Assembly: GCF_030384885.1 (NCBI RefSeq)
Contig: NZ_CP128613.1
Origin: Escherichia coli
GTDB taxonomy: Bacteria; Pseudomonadota; Gammaproteobacteria; Enterobacterales; Enterobacteriaceae
Length of the DNA: 64,000 nucleotides
Reading direction: 5' to 3' (one strand)
Each line of letters begins with the position of its first letter. The first letter of the stretch is position 1. Positions 34,519 through 45,989 of this stretch are shown in pieces. Under the pieces are notes generated by a model. It searched no databases. It was given only the letters and a program-made list of their open reading frames with translations, and had not been told where the DNA came from. The translations under genes were made by a program, and so were the position numbers.

Positions 34519-35115
34519 TCAGGCATCTTCTCTTTTTAATTTTTCGTTTATGAGATTATTTCTTTCCCATAATCCGGCAAAACGTGCAGCATTACTGGCG
34601 GTATAACGCACAGTATGGCGAATATTTCGATGCCCGAGGTAATCCTGAATTAAACGGGTATCTGCACCACGCTCCGCCAGTTCATAACCGCAAGCATGCC
34701 TTAACATATGAGGATGAGTCTGCGTCACGGTTCCAGCTTCAATACCGGCATCGCGAATAATGCGATAGGCCTGCTGGCGAGAAAGTCGACTCCCGCGGCG
34801 AGAAATAAATATGGCGTCGGTCTGGTCAGCGCCTTTCCAGTTAATACGTTCCTGGGTCCAGCGCTCCACAGCTTCACGCTCATCAAAACGTAACGGGTGA
34901 ACGGTAGAAAATCCGTTCTTCAGTCGGCGAATATTTATTCGACCTTCGTTAAGGTCAAGATCCTGATAATGCAGATCAAGCAGTTCACTAATACGCATCC
35001 CATGCCGATATGCCAACAAAATTAGGCAATAATCTCTGGCTCCCGTTGCCCCGTAACAAACCGCCTGCATCATGTCCTGAACTTCTTTACCGGTAAGATA
35101 ACGACGTTTACTCAC
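34519..35115 (-). CDS. fimE: tyrosine recombinase FimE (ON-to-OFF switching)
   Basis: 198-aa product MSKRRYLTGKEVQDMMQAVCYGATGARDYCLILLAYRHGMRISELLDLHY recognised as FimE. Confidence 0.95.
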   Translation of the reverse strand: MSKRRYLTGKEVQDMMQAVCYGATGARDYCLILLAYRHGMRISELLDLHYQDLDLNEGRINIRRLKNGFSTVHPLRFDEREAVERWTQERINWKGADQTDAIFISRRGSRLSRQQAYRIIRDAGIEAGTVTQTHPHMLRHACGYELAERGADTRLIQDYLGHRNIRHTVRYTASNAARFAGLWERNNLINEKLKREDA

Positions 35116-35592
35116 AATAGTAGTACTCCTGACTGAGATATATTTGAATGAATACCTATAGGAAACCTCGATCGGTTAAAATTAGCCCAATAGATAAAAA
35201 GATAACCACACAGGAAGTTATGTGGCTATCAGTCAATTACATTAAATATCATACAAAAATAAAATATCACTGATGTGACAACATCTATTTTCATTGATTT
35301 GATTCAATATAACAATAGATTGCAGCGGATTAACTTCCAGTTGCTTAAAAAATAAAGAAAAAAGTGCAGAAACAGGAGAACTTGAGTGATGTGTAAATTT
35401 ATGAATGATTTTGTTTATTTATTTTGAAGAACATAAACCATTGTATTTTGTATGGATATGGTTAACTTAATGTTTATTATGATAATTAAGAATCACACTT
35501 ACAATAACATCAATTAATAAATAGTTAATCATTTTTGATATATCGTAAGAATAATGTATTTTTTAACACCATCCCTGGTATCTCATCTATCT

Positions 35593-36195
35593 CTATAAAA
35601 CAGCGTGATGCTGTCGTCCTCTGGCTCTATCCCAGATGCCGTAAAAACGCCCTGCATTGCTGGCGGTATACCAGACAGTATGACGAATATTGCGATGCCC
35701 AAGATAATCCTGGATAAGTCGTGTATCTATTCCCATATTCGCCAAAGCAAAACCACACGAATGGCGTAACATATGCGGATGAATCTCCAGTGATAACCCA
35801 GCATTACCACCAGAAGTCGAGATAATATGGTAAAACTGTTGCCGAGAAAGCGGGTTCCCCTTACGTGATAAAAATACCCACTCGCTCTCAGCATGCGGAT
35901 AAGAAGTACGTATACTCAACCAGTTTTTTAAAGCCTGAACTTCTTTGTTCAATAGCGGGTGCGTTGTTGAAAAGCCTTTTTTTAATCGATGGATATAGAT
36001 ACACTTTGCCTTAAGATCAATATCCGAAATCCTCAATCGGCAAATTTCACTCGCCCGGAAACCATGAATAAAACAAAGCAAAGTCAGACAATAATTACGT
36101 GCTGCATGAGGCCCGGTATTTGCTGCTTTAAGGAGTGACTCGATTTCACTATGGGTCAGGAAGTTCCTTTTTTTGTTATCAGCCTTATTCTTCAT
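35593..36195 (-). CDS. fimB: tyrosine recombinase FimB (bidirectional switching)
   Basis: 200-aa product MKNKADNKKRNFLTHSEIESLLKAANTGPHAARNYCLTLLCFIHGFRASEICRLRISDIDL recognised as FimB. Confidence 0.95.
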   Translation of the reverse strand: MKNKADNKKRNFLTHSEIESLLKAANTGPHAARNYCLTLLCFIHGFRASEICRLRISDIDLKAKCIYIHRLKKGFSTTHPLLNKEVQALKNWLSIRTSYPHAESEWVFLSRKGNPLSRQQFYHIISTSGGNAGLSLEIHPHMLRHSCGFALANMGIDTRLIQDYLGHRNIRHTVWYTASNAGRFYGIWDRARGRQHHAVL

Positions 36196-37219
36196 CGTTT
36201 TCCCTTATAATTACAGACGCGCACTAGCTGTGCTGGGTTAGCAATAATCCAACATTTTAATCCTGATTATGTTTATAAAAGCGAACGTTTGCTTAATAAC
36301 TAACGTAAGTGGACCAGTTCTTCTGAGTGAACTTAAATGGAGTAGCGATAGTTACTTATAATAACTTTGCCATACAAACGCCATGCTCTTGCATGCTATG
36401 TACCTTTATATATTTATCAATGTGATACGAATCTAATAATAACCCTCATCATTAATGCAACTAATCTTATCTATATATCATGTGATATGTTCTGTAACAA
36501 GTAAAATCAACATAAAAAATTCAGCAAAATTTAATATTCGTTCAACTAGCCGTCTCACATATGACATTATTAGTCAACTGCATTTGCCACAAAATGGCTA
36601 TTTCATGGAACGCAGTAATTTCTTAGCGTCTATTATCATGCTAATTCTTAGGTCTCTAGCGATTATTCCTGCCTGGTTCGTCAGCTTACGCCATGAGATT
36701 GCTACATTCCTTTTTATCATGGAGATATGGGGGAAAGCAGGCGACGCTTTTTCATCTACATTCATTGGTAAATATGGCTTTGGTCACTACGCCTTAAACC
36801 TTCTTCAATCACAGCTATTCGCCGGGCGATACGGCAAACAAACTAAGTGAAGCATCATCCTGAAAACACCAATGCGTACTGAACATCAACAAGCCTCTCC
36901 TGATCGACTTCAGAAGTGACCAGTTACAAGCCACAAACCTGGAAACATATTTCATGATGAGAATTATGCTCAGCCTGATGGCGGGTAAACACTTATTTTC
37001 ACCACGCTCACTGAGTTAGCTTGCAAAGCTTTCCTTGTTTAGATTCTAAATAAATTATCTATAAAACAGATAGTTAAAAGAAAATCTTTAGTTTTTGAAG
37101 ACCACCGCAAGTGTTCGTCTGGCTTCACATGGCATCTTCCTCTTAGAAAAAGATCGACATATTTTGTGACACGAATTGCAAATCTGGTTTTGTTGTATGG
37201 ATTGCGTGATTTTTGATCT

Positions 37220-37238
37220 GGTATAACAGGTATAAAGG
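37220..37238. promoter_or_regulatory. NanR-type operator (tandem GGTATA repeats) in the nanC-fimB intergenic region
   Basis: ggtataacaggtataaagg; GGTATA hexamer repeats are the known NanR recognition motif and this region is known to regulate nanC and fimB. Confidence 0.55.
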
Positions 37239-37658
37239 TGCACCACGATAGTCAATGAGACTGGGCATCTCGAAATCTATGGCAAACATCACTGCAGTTC
37301 TTTCACATCGGGTGATGAAAATGCACTTCAGTCTGAAAGGAATATGAAAATGAGATCAACAGACACTCTATTTTATGACTCTGGGTAAAATGGATTGAGT
37401 AAGTGATATAGCTTACGAACATTCAAATCAATCAAACATCAGAAGAGATTTTATACTCAGGTATTTAATCTGGATCTCTGTTTATTTAAATAATGTGGAA
37501 AGAGATTTTTCACAGGAGACATTATACAAAAAATATAAAATACAGCTATCGGTTGCCAAAGACACTATAAGCCTGGCAAAAAATATTACACAACATAAAT
37601 GCTAATTGTTTATGCGGGCTTTGTATTGCTTTCTGTATCCTACAAATGAGTGAAATTT

Positions 37659-38375
37659 ATGAAAAAGGCTAAAATACTTTCTGGCGTATTATTACTGTGC
37701 TTTTCGTCACCATTAATTTCTCAAGCTGCGACACTGGACGTACGTGGTGGATATCGTAGTGGAAGCCACGCCTATGAGACTCGACTCAAAGTCAGTGAGG
37801 GATGGCAAAATGGATGGTGGGCAAGCATGGAAAGTAATACCTGGAATACCATTCATGATAATAAAAAGGAAAATGCCGCACTCAATGATGTTCAGGTTGA
37901 AGTTAATTACGCGATTAAACTTGATGATCAATGGACGGTGCGCCCGGGAATGTTAACGCATTTTAGCAGTAACGGCACACGCTACGGACCCTACGTAAAA
38001 TTGTCCTGGGACGCGACAAAAGATCTTAATTTTGGCATTCGCTATCGTTACGACTGGAAAGCTTACCGACAACAAGACTTATCCGGTGATATGTCTCGTG
38101 ATAACGTTCATCGTTGGGATGGATATGTCACTTACCATATTAATAGTGATTTCACCTTCGCATGGCAAACGACGCTATACAGCAAACAAAACGATTATCG
38201 CTATGCAAACCATAAGAAATGGGCGACGGAAAATGCATTTGTTCTACAATACCATATGACGCCTGATATTACGCCATACATAGAATATGACTACCTTGAC
38301 CGTCAGGGTGTTTATAACGGCAGAGATAATTTATCAGAAAACAGTTATCGCATTGGTGTGTCATTTAAACTGTAG
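37659..38375 (+). CDS. nanC: KdgM-family N-acetylneuraminic acid outer-membrane channel
   Basis: 238-aa product with signal peptide (MKKAKILSGVLLLCFSSPLISQA) and beta-barrel-like alternating sequence. Confidence 0.9.
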   Translation: MKKAKILSGVLLLCFSSPLISQAATLDVRGGYRSGSHAYETRLKVSEGWQNGWWASMESNTWNTIHDNKKENAALNDVQVEVNYAIKLDDQWTVRPGMLTHFSSNGTRYGPYVKLSWDATKDLNFGIRYRYDWKAYRQQDLSGDMSRDNVHRWDGYVTYHINSDFTFAWQTTLYSKQNDYRYANHKKWATENAFVLQYHMTPDITPYIEYDYLDRQGVYNGRDNLSENSYRIGVSFKL

Positions 38376-38394
38376 TAGACAGGAGACAGTCACA

Positions 38395-39501
38395 ATGAAT
38401 AAAACAATAACGGCGCTTGCTATCATGATGGCTTCATTTGCCGCAAATGCGTCTGTATTACCGCAAACTCCGGTGCCATTTAAAAGTGGTACCGGAGCAA
38501 TTGATAACGACACTGTCTACATTGGTTTAGGTAGCGCAGGTACGGCATGGTACAAGCTGGATACACAGGCCAAAGATAAAAAATGGATAGCGTTAGCTGC
38601 ATTCCCTGGTGGGGCGAGAGATCAAGCAACCTCTGCATTTATTGATGGCAATCTGTACGTATTTGGCGGCATTGGCAAAAACAGCGAAGGCTTGACTCAG
38701 GTATTTAATGACGTATACAAATACAACCCCAAAACCAATAGCTGGGTTAAATTGATGTCACACGCGCCGATGGGTATGGCGGGTCATGTGACTTTTGTAC
38801 ACAACGGCAAGGCTTATGTTACTGGCGGTGTTAACCAAAATATCTTTAATGGCTATTTTGAAGATCTCAACAAAGCTGGAAAAGATTCAACCGCTATAGA
38901 GAAAATCAACGCCCACTATTTTGACAAAAAAGCAGAAGATTATTTCTTCAATAAGTTTCTGTTGTCTTTTGATCCCTCTACACAGCAATGGAGTTACGCT
39001 GGCGAATCTCCCTGGTACGGAACGGCTGGTGCGGCGGTTGTGAATAAAGGTGATAAAACCTGGCTTATTAATGGCGAAGCCAAACCAGGATTGCGAACGG
39101 ATGCCGTATTTGAACTTGATTTCACCGGTAATAATTTAAAATGGAATAAACTTGCTCCCGTCTCATCACCAGATGGCGTCGCTGGCGGTTTTGCGGGGAT
39201 AAGCAATGACTCACTTATATTTGCCGGGGGGGCCGGATTCAAGGGGTCGCGGGAAAATTATCAGAACGGTAAGAACTATGCGCATGAAGGCCTGAAAAAA
39301 TCATATAGCGCTGATATTCATCTTTGGCATAACGGGAAATGGGATAAATCTGGCGAATTATCGCAAGGTCGGGCCTACGGAGTATCATTGCCCTGGAATA
39401 ATAGTTTATTAATTATTGGCGGTGAAACTACAGGCGGCAAAGCGGTGACGGATTCAGTTTTGATCTCTGTGAAGGATAATAAAGTCACAGTACAAAACTA
39501 A
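38395..39501 (+). CDS. nanM: N-acetylneuraminate epimerase (kelch-repeat, periplasmic)
   Basis: 368-aa product from MNKTITALAIMMASFAANASVLPQTPVPFKSGTGAIDNDTVYIGLGSAGTAWYKLD. Confidence 0.9.
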   Translation: MNKTITALAIMMASFAANASVLPQTPVPFKSGTGAIDNDTVYIGLGSAGTAWYKLDTQAKDKKWIALAAFPGGARDQATSAFIDGNLYVFGGIGKNSEGLTQVFNDVYKYNPKTNSWVKLMSHAPMGMAGHVTFVHNGKAYVTGGVNQNIFNGYFEDLNKAGKDSTAIEKINAHYFDKKAEDYFFNKFLLSFDPSTQQWSYAGESPWYGTAGAAVVNKGDKTWLINGEAKPGLRTDAVFELDFTGNNLKWNKLAPVSSPDGVAGGFAGISNDSLIFAGGAGFKGSRENYQNGKNYAHEGLKKSYSADIHLWHNGKWDKSGELSQGRAYGVSLPWNNSLLIIGGETTGGKAVTDSVLISVKDNKVTVQN

Positions 39502-39565
39502 TGCTTCAGGGCCCCAGTAAAGGGGCCCTGCTATCAATTTATCATTTCAATTACGCGAAAATTAT

Positions 39566-40546
39566 ATGAACGCAATAATATCGCCCGATTATTACTATGT
39601 TCTTACCGTTGCTGGTCAGTCTAATGCCATGGCGTATGGCGAAGGACTGCCATTACCGGACAGGGAAGATGCGCCTCATCCCAGAATTAAACAATTAGCG
39701 AGATTTGCGCATACGCATCCCGGAGGCCCGTCATGTCACTTTAACGACATTATTCCACTGACTCACTGCCCACACGATGTTCAGGATATGCAGGGTTATC
39801 ACCATCCTCTGGCAACGAATCATCAAACACAGTACGGCACCGTTGGCCAGGCACTGCATATTGCACGGAAATTACTGCCCTTTATTCCTGATAATGCAGG
39901 GGTTCTCATCGTTCCGTGTTGCCGTGGCGGATCGGCTTTTACCGCGGGCAGCGAAGGGACATATTCAGAACGGCACGGAGCCAGCCATGATGCTTGTCGT
40001 TGGGGAACGGATACTCCGCTATACCAGGATTTAGTCAGCAGAACGCGAGCCGCACTGGCAAAAAATCCGCAGAACAAATTCCTCGGCGTATGCTGGATGC
40101 AAGGCGAATTTGACTTAATGACCAGTGACTACGCGTCACACCCTCAACACTTTAATCATATGGTTGAAGCCTTTCGTAGGGATCTAAAACAATACCATTC
40201 TCAGCTTAATAATATTACTGGCGCGCCGTGGTTTTGCGGCGATACCACCTGGTACTGGAAAGAAAGTTTCCCTCATGCGTATGAAGCTATTTATGGCAAT
40301 TATCAAAATAATATTTTAGCCAATATTATTTTCATCGACTTCCAGCAACAAGGTGAAAGAGGGCTGACGAACGCGCCTGATGAAGATCCGGACGATTTAA
40401 GCACGGGATATTTCGGTTCAGCGTACCGGTCACCGGAGAACTGGACGACGGCACTGCGAAGCAGTCATTTCAGCGCGGCAGCCCGTCGGGGGATTATTTC
40501 TGACAGGTTTGTAGAAGCAATTTTGCAGTTTTGGAGCGAAAGGTGA
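39566..40546 (+). CDS. nanS: 9-O-acetyl-N-acetylneuraminate esterase
   Basis: 326-aa product; third gene of the nanCMS cluster. Confidence 0.85.
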   Translation: MNAIISPDYYYVLTVAGQSNAMAYGEGLPLPDREDAPHPRIKQLARFAHTHPGGPSCHFNDIIPLTHCPHDVQDMQGYHHPLATNHQTQYGTVGQALHIARKLLPFIPDNAGVLIVPCCRGGSAFTAGSEGTYSERHGASHDACRWGTDTPLYQDLVSRTRAALAKNPQNKFLGVCWMQGEFDLMTSDYASHPQHFNHMVEAFRRDLKQYHSQLNNITGAPWFCGDTTWYWKESFPHAYEAIYGNYQNNILANIIFIDFQQQGERGLTNAPDEDPDDLSTGYFGSAYRSPENWTTALRSSHFSAAARRGIISDRFVEAILQFWSER

Positions 40547-40639
40547 GCGGGGAGTTTATTCATGGGGGATGTCCTTGTCCGTTCCCAAAACAGGCAACAA
40601 AAAACAAATGAGATCAAGGTAATATCTCTTCACTTGCAG

Positions 40640-40900
40640 GCTCGAACAGCAGGCAATTGCCAATATAATAATCTGGCACAAGGGTGAAAAACGCGCACCG
40701 CATAAACCGTTGTTATTGCTTACAGATTAGCCGGATGCCTTAATAGACATCCGCGCCTTTTCGATTATGGCTCGGAAATCTACGAACCTCTGCACAGTTT
40801 ACTGGAACGTTTTGGACCACAGCGTTCACAGTACCGACCTGATATGCCGTTCTGGCGATTATAAGGCGACGGATTCTGGCAAATAGACGATGATAATATG
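40640..40900 (+). pseudogene. decayed fragment (N-terminal ~90 codons, frameshift and stops) of a gene homologous to the HNH-nuclease gene at 51855-52775
   Basis: Translations QAIANIIIWHKGEKRAPHKPLLLL-stop and PRLFDYGSEIYEPLHSLLERFGPQRSQYRPDMPFWRL-stop-GDGFWQID align with residues ~25-115 of the 52227-52775 product (QAISNITIWRKGEQRAPHKPLLLL...GRLFNYGSEIYEPLLDLLERYGPQRRDQRPDMPFWRLKGDGFWEL). Confidence 0.7.
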
Positions 40901-41128
40901 CTTAATGATGTTCAAAGAAATTAGGCCATCATTATATTATTGCTTGCATTTTCTTTCATTCCCAAAAGCACCCGCCATTAATCCCAGGCGCATTATGCAA
41001 AGGAAAATGATTAGGTAAACAATAAGATTTATAATCAGGAAAGGCGACTCGCAATAAAACGCAAAGTCGCCTTAACATTGGTAAAATATGCCCTTTACTA
41101 CTCCTGTATCATGAACGGCTCATCACAT

Positions 41129-44100
41129 TTAAAGCTGACGTTGATCCAGACTGCTATATATTGCCTTTATTTCATTTTTTACGCTTTCGCCACGGTACAC
41201 CAAAGACGTATCGTATCGTTGATACTTATCTTCCCGTGCAGCACTGAACCAGTTAAAAGATCCGACACACAGCAGTTCTTCATCCTCAATTACAATTTTG
41301 CTGTGGACACGATTAACCAATTTCGTAGCGATACCCATCTTATTGAGCTTTTCAACAGCATCATTCAGCAGATGTTTTTTCTCCTGACGCTTATCATCAT
41401 CGACATGCGCTATATTGCAGTTTTTATCCGTCACCACAGTAATATCAATGCCCCGGGAACGGGCCAAAGCCATTGATGCCAGAAATCCCGTTTGCTCCAT
41501 TTTTTGCCAGGATAACCAAGGGGAAATAATCGTTATTTTCTTTTGAGCTCCGGCAAGAGTCTTGTTCAAAAATTCATCATGCGGCTCCACGCCATGCAGC
41601 GTTGAAATTTGTGTATGTGCGGAAATTAAATCCTGTCGTTTATGAAACTCAAATTGCAACGCATTATTATCTGAAGAAAAGAGATATTTTGCCAATAACC
41701 CTCGCGGCGAAAATGCGGGCTGCATCTCGATAAGGTCCATATCGCCAAATACCAGAAAACTATCTTTAGCGCGTGAGACAGCAACATTGAGGATACTGCT
41801 GTTGCTATCAAGAAACCTGCCATCTTCATGTTTTGAGTAGACTGGAGAAAAGAGAACAATCGCCCTTTCCGCCCCCTGCAAGGAGTGCACAGTCCCCACT
41901 GTCAGTGAACCCTCCTCGTCTTTGCCATTAATTTCCAGCTTACGCAATGACGTTTTGATAGCATTAACCTGCGCCGAAAATGGCGTCACAACACCAACAA
42001 CTTTGTACAGTGGTTCCCCGTAATGGCGCTCTATATCATCCTTATGTGCCACCAGCCATGCTGCTATTGTTTCAGCTTCAAGAGGGTTATAACGGCTCCC
42101 CCCATTTGGCTTCATGCCTCTACCATCAATATGTAAATATCCCATTGCGGGGAAAATCGTCCCTTTTTCTATCCCTCTTTTAGGCTGCAACTTACCGTGA
42201 TAGCAAAGTGAGTTACAGTAGCCGATGATGTTATTGAAACAGCGACGATGCTCATACAGATACATTCCGCGCTCGAACTTGGGATCATACTGGTAGTGAG
42301 AGTTAAACTGGGCTACCTGCATTACGCTGCCAGATGCTGCACTTTTTCCAGACCCACACACGTGAGTATATGTATTTATTAACTCTTCCTGAGTGCCACC
42401 AGAAATAATATTCTCCTCAAGCATATTGCCCATATCAGTGACGGGTAGACAATTCCAGATTGGAGCTATTTGCTCCGTATCGCCAATCACCAGCGCTTTC
42501 TTCGCCAATGCAAAGGAAGCTGCAGCAACCTCCGGGAGTACCTGCCCGGCTTCATCGACAATCAGTAAATCAGCAAAGTTATATAAATAATTATTATCCG
42601 ATGTTCTATCGCCACCAAAAGATTTTCTTCTGTTCATATGGTAAGGCAACATGTAGCAGGTCATCACCACACAAGGAGTAAGTTTCATTCTTCTTAGCCA
42701 ACGAGCCTCGGCGATAGTTATCCCGGTAATTCCTTTTTCTTTTTGCAAATTATCTATAGCTGCCATATCAATCAGCCAACGCCCCTCCCAATAATGGGTC
42801 GCTACCAAGAACGCTGGAAAACGAATCTGAGTATCGGCAAGTTCATCCGCTCCTGAAAGATTCAATTCATCGTCACCTCTGTAACCCAAAGCATAAGTCA
42901 ACTCACGCCATTGTTTTGCAGCTTCTATTTCGCGTCGGGCTATATCCTTCGCATAGTTGATGTTCTGTTGGCACTCATCCTGCTCCTTTTGCGTTTTAGC
43001 AATCAAACTATCAATAAATTCATCAATATCTTCGGGATAATTTCCCTGGAACGATGTCATTCTTGTGCCAAACGTAGAGTCCAGGAAGAGGTTAATCTGG
43101 TAATGGCGTTTAGTACGAACAGCAGGAAGCCATGACAAAACCGCATACACTAGCGACTCATCAGCACGGTATTGCTGCCACTGCTTTTTACCTCTGGTTA
43201 AAAGTGAAATTTCATTGCCAATATTGAGAAGACGTGTATTTTCGTCCTGAAGATACTGGTCGAGATTCTCACTGATGGCTCGCTGTTCATGGCGGATATC
43301 ATTAAGCCTGCGCCATGCGGGTTCGATTTGCTGAAGTTGAATAAACTGTGAAGTTAAACGTTCATGCAAAAGCGTCACTACATGCTCTGGTGAATTGCAC
43401 TCTCCAGCTCCAAACGCCACCTCCGCTTTTTCAAGGTAAAATGCCCGGGCTTTTTCCAGATATTCCTGGGATTCAACGTGGTTAAAAAAATCTTCAGTCT
43501 GGTATTTCTTCGCAGCCTCAACCTGACGGCTTTTAGACGGAAAATAAGCGCCATAGCTTATTACCTCCGGCAACCAACGACCAGCCATTACGCCAAAACC
43601 AGTAGAGAAATCTTTTCCAAAGGCTTCAATAATATTGGTGACGGCCTGATTGTTAGTTGATGTGGCAATAATTACAGGAGGTTCAGCTTGATTAAGTGCG
43701 GCTCTAGTCCATTCGGTGGCGATAATAGAAAGCACCAGCGTAGTTTTACCCGTTCCCGGAGGACCGTTAACAGCGAGCATATCCCCCTGCTGTTGAGTCA
43801 GATAATGGCTCAGGGCATCGCGCTGCGCCACTGCCAGCGGAAACTTATCGCCGGAATGCCCCAGACGTTCGCAGAACATAGCATTCTTAGCGAGAAGTGG
43901 CTCTAGTGGAACCATTTCATTTGAGGCAAAACGCGTTAATAGAGGAACCTTAACCTGGCTCATCAGCAGATGGTCATACAAAGGCAGGATATGAACACTG
44001 GCCCCTACATGCTGGCTAGCTTTAACAATATAACCGTATCCAGCCCGTTCGTATGGCTCAGATGTAGCGACCCAATTTCCAGCGACGTTTCTTAAAAGGT

Positions 44101-44644
44101 TATCTGACTGTTGAAGATAATTTTGCCAATGCTGACGATACCTGGCATGGCGTTCCGCTTTCTCTTCGTCAGTTTCTTCGTAATGTTCTGGTTGACCTTC
44201 ATTAATGGTGGCTGTGTTATGCGTAGTTTTGTATTTGTCATATTGCACCAACTCACCAATAGAAAAATGACCGGAAGGGAGAGGTTCAAGCAGATCGCGG
44301 GGAATAGTGGCTGAAGCGGCAGGAAACAAAAAACCTTCCCTATTAAGAAGAGCGGAGGTAACCAGTGGCGTAATAATTGCGGGTGCACCTGCCGTTTGCT
44401 CTTTGCCATGCTTTACAATGCGGTTCCATACCTGGGGCCGTAACACGACTTCAACGTTTTTTACAGACTCCCCTTCACCGTCAAAAAATGCCCGAATAGT
44501 TTCGTCATCCAACTGCCCTGCGCTGATATTTATCCACCGAATGAATGATTCTGTATCTTTACGTGAAAACGTTCCTTTGCCAGATTCGGCGTCAGCTAAG
44601 GAGTTGCGCCAGTATGAAGTGAATCCCAATGTATTGCTGTCCAT
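41129..44644 (-). CDS. SF1 (UPF1/DNA2-like) helicase fused to a C-terminal PLD-family (HKD) nuclease domain, 1171 aa; architecture of a Mokosh type II-like defence protein
   Basis: Walker [16 protein letters not shown], motif [11 protein letters not shown], motif III GDTEQ, motifs [15 protein letters not shown] and [15 protein letters not shown]-terminal HKD motif [23 protein letters not shown]. It occupies the position of the K-12 yjhR pseudogene next to nanS. Confidence 0.65.
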   Translation of the reverse strand: MDSNTLGFTSYWRNSLADAESGKGTFSRKDTESFIRWINISAGQLDDETIRAFFDGEGESVKNVEVVLRPQVWNRIVKHGKEQTAGAPAIITPLVTSALLNREGFLFPAASATIPRDLLEPLPSGHFSIGELVQYDKYKTTHNTATINEGQPEHYEETDEEKAERHARYRQHWQNYLQQSDNLLRNVAGNWVATSEPYERAGYGYIVKASQHVGASVHILPLYDHLLMSQVKVPLLTRFASNEMVPLEPLLAKNAMFCERLGHSGDKFPLAVAQRDALSHYLTQQQGDMLAVNGPPGTGKTTLVLSIIATEWTRAALNQAEPPVIIATSTNNQAVTNIIEAFGKDFSTGFGVMAGRWLPEVISYGAYFPSKSRQVEAAKKYQTEDFFNHVESQEYLEKARAFYLEKAEVAFGAGECNSPEHVVTLLHERLTSQFIQLQQIEPAWRRLNDIRHEQRAISENLDQYLQDENTRLLNIGNEISLLTRGKKQWQQYRADESLVYAVLSWLPAVRTKRHYQINLFLDSTFGTRMTSFQGNYPEDIDEFIDSLIAKTQKEQDECQQNINYAKDIARREIEAAKQWRELTYALGYRGDDELNLSGADELADTQIRFPAFLVATHYWEGRWLIDMAAIDNLQKEKGITGITIAEARWLRRMKLTPCVVMTCYMLPYHMNRRKSFGGDRTSDNNYLYNFADLLIVDEAGQVLPEVAAASFALAKKALVIGDTEQIAPIWNCLPVTDMGNMLEENIISGGTQEELINTYTHVCGSGKSAASGSVMQVAQFNSHYQYDPKFERGMYLYEHRRCFNNIIGYCNSLCYHGKLQPKRGIEKGTIFPAMGYLHIDGRGMKPNGGSRYNPLEAETIAAWLVAHKDDIERHYGEPLYKVVGVVTPFSAQVNAIKTSLRKLEINGKDEEGSLTVGTVHSLQGAERAIVLFSPVYSKHEDGRFLDSNSSILNVAVSRAKDSFLVFGDMDLIEMQPAFSPRGLLAKYLFSSDNNALQFEFHKRQDLISAHTQISTLHGVEPHDEFLNKTLAGAQKKITIISPWLSWQKMEQTGFLASMALARSRGIDITVVTDKNCNIAHVDDDKRQEKKHLLNDAVEKLNKMGIATKLVNRVHSKIVIEDEELLCVGSFNWFSAAREDKYQRYDTSLVYRGESVKNEIKAIYSSLDQRQL

Positions 44645-44841
44645 TTCTCATTCCGTGACATAATAGAAATCATTGATTTCATTGATGTAAATATTACTTA
44701 TGATTAAACATTGTCCACGATGCGAGCGCGATCGCAATAAATATTGTGCCTGGAGGATGGATTAGATTTTCTGAAAGAGCTAAATCCTTAATAGATAAAC
44801 GCGTACATACTTGGTTCGGTATTCTTAAGGGATTTAATATG

Positions 44842-44960
44842 GATTGAACCAGGTTGACGTTAGTTGAAAAAAACAGTGGAAAAGATTTGTGTGGCGCGGA
44901 TTTCAGGCATAAAAAAAGACCTCAGTTGAGGTCTATTTACATACTTTTGGTGCGAAGGCC
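44842..44960. repeat. imperfect direct repeat of the leuX 3' end plus its downstream terminator region (distal att-like boundary)
   Basis: 44894-44953 is identical to 54361-54420; followed by gaaggcc versus cgaaggcc in leuX; looser homology extends about 50 bp further left (44842-44893 versus 54309-54360). Confidence 0.75.
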
Positions 44961-45077
44961 GCACCGCGATTCCAGACTCAACAATATGAAATCAATGGAC
45001 TTTTAAAAATGCGAAGTTACTTTGTATACTCACATGTATACTCAGTACCATTTCTTAAGAAATCAATTCATTCAATA

Positions 45078-45884
45078 CTACTCATCATCGTCTTCCACTG
45101 GTTCCAGCACATCAAGCGCAACTCTCACCATAGCGATAGAACCAATACGAATGAAAGCATCTTCTCCATCTTCGTCGGTTATCATAAAACGAACCGTGGT
45201 TTCAGGCTCGCAATCCAGCGCGTCAAAAAAAGCATTCAACTGGCCGATATCATCCGTCTCTTCGTTTTGCGGCGCATCTGGCTCAACACTCAGTGGAATC
45301 ACTGGTCCGCCGTTTACCAGCGTGATATGGACATTAAAATAATCGTCTTCGTAGGCATCATCCTCTTCGTCAACGATTGGCCGCAGACCATCAGAAAGGA
45401 ACTGATGAAATACCACTTCACGCATATTTAACGCATAACGATACTCGGAAGAATCAAAAACGAAGAAGCGTTCTATGTTTGGAGTGTTTTTTTCCTGAAA
45501 ATAATAATAAAACCTCCGCTTATCCACTGCTGAAATGGGCAACAGCAAATAGTCCCGCTGCCCCTGTAGCCAAAGTTTTACGGTCCAGAGACCGCTATCC
45601 ATTTCAATGCCGCTTGTGGCTATAGCCTCAAGATCTTCATCAGTTTTACGACGCTTTTTGCGGAAGTCATTTATCAACCGATCGCTTTCCGGGAACACTA
45701 CGTTTAGAGGCTTATCCAGAGCATTACATATTGCCTGTGCGAGCCCCAGCTTTGCAGCAACCTTCCCGGTTTCGATACGCTGAATTTGTTGCTGGCTGGT
45801 GCCGACCATAAACGCCAGCTCGCGCTGGGTGATAGATAGCTGGGTACGGAGCTGTTTGATGTTGTTCTGTAACATGGCATCCAT
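45078..45884 (-). CDS. XRE-family HTH protein with a ~200-aa acidic C-terminal domain of unknown function
   Basis: N-terminus LSITQRELAFMVGTSQQQIQRIETGK is a Cro/C1-type HTH; remainder unrecognised and rich in D/E. Confidence 0.6.
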   Translation of the reverse strand: MDAMLQNNIKQLRTQLSITQRELAFMVGTSQQQIQRIETGKVAAKLGLAQAICNALDKPLNVVFPESDRLINDFRKKRRKTDEDLEAIATSGIEMDSGLWTVKLWLQGQRDYLLLPISAVDKRRFYYYFQEKNTPNIERFFVFDSSEYRYALNMREVVFHQFLSDGLRPIVDEEDDAYEDDYFNVHITLVNGGPVIPLSVEPDAPQNEETDDIGQLNAFFDALDCEPETTVRFMITDEDGEDAFIRIGSIAMVRVALDVLEPVEDDDE

Positions 45885-45989
45885 CCTTCAGAAGGAGTAG
45901 AAAGTGCCATTAAAACACAAAATTGAGTATAAACACATAATCGTGTTTATACTCACTAATCAACACCCTTGAACGAAAAGAAAATCTCT

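Noticed and set aside
36455..36850. 131-aa ORF in the fimB-nanC intergenic region
   Set aside because: Lies in AT-rich regulatory DNA with no convincing RBS, no recognisable domain and a low-complexity hydrophobic translation; most likely a chance ORF.
41078..41476. 132-aa ORF on the + strand overlapping the 3' end of the helicase-PLD gene
   Set aside because: Fully embedded antisense within a long, motif-rich gene; low-complexity translation.
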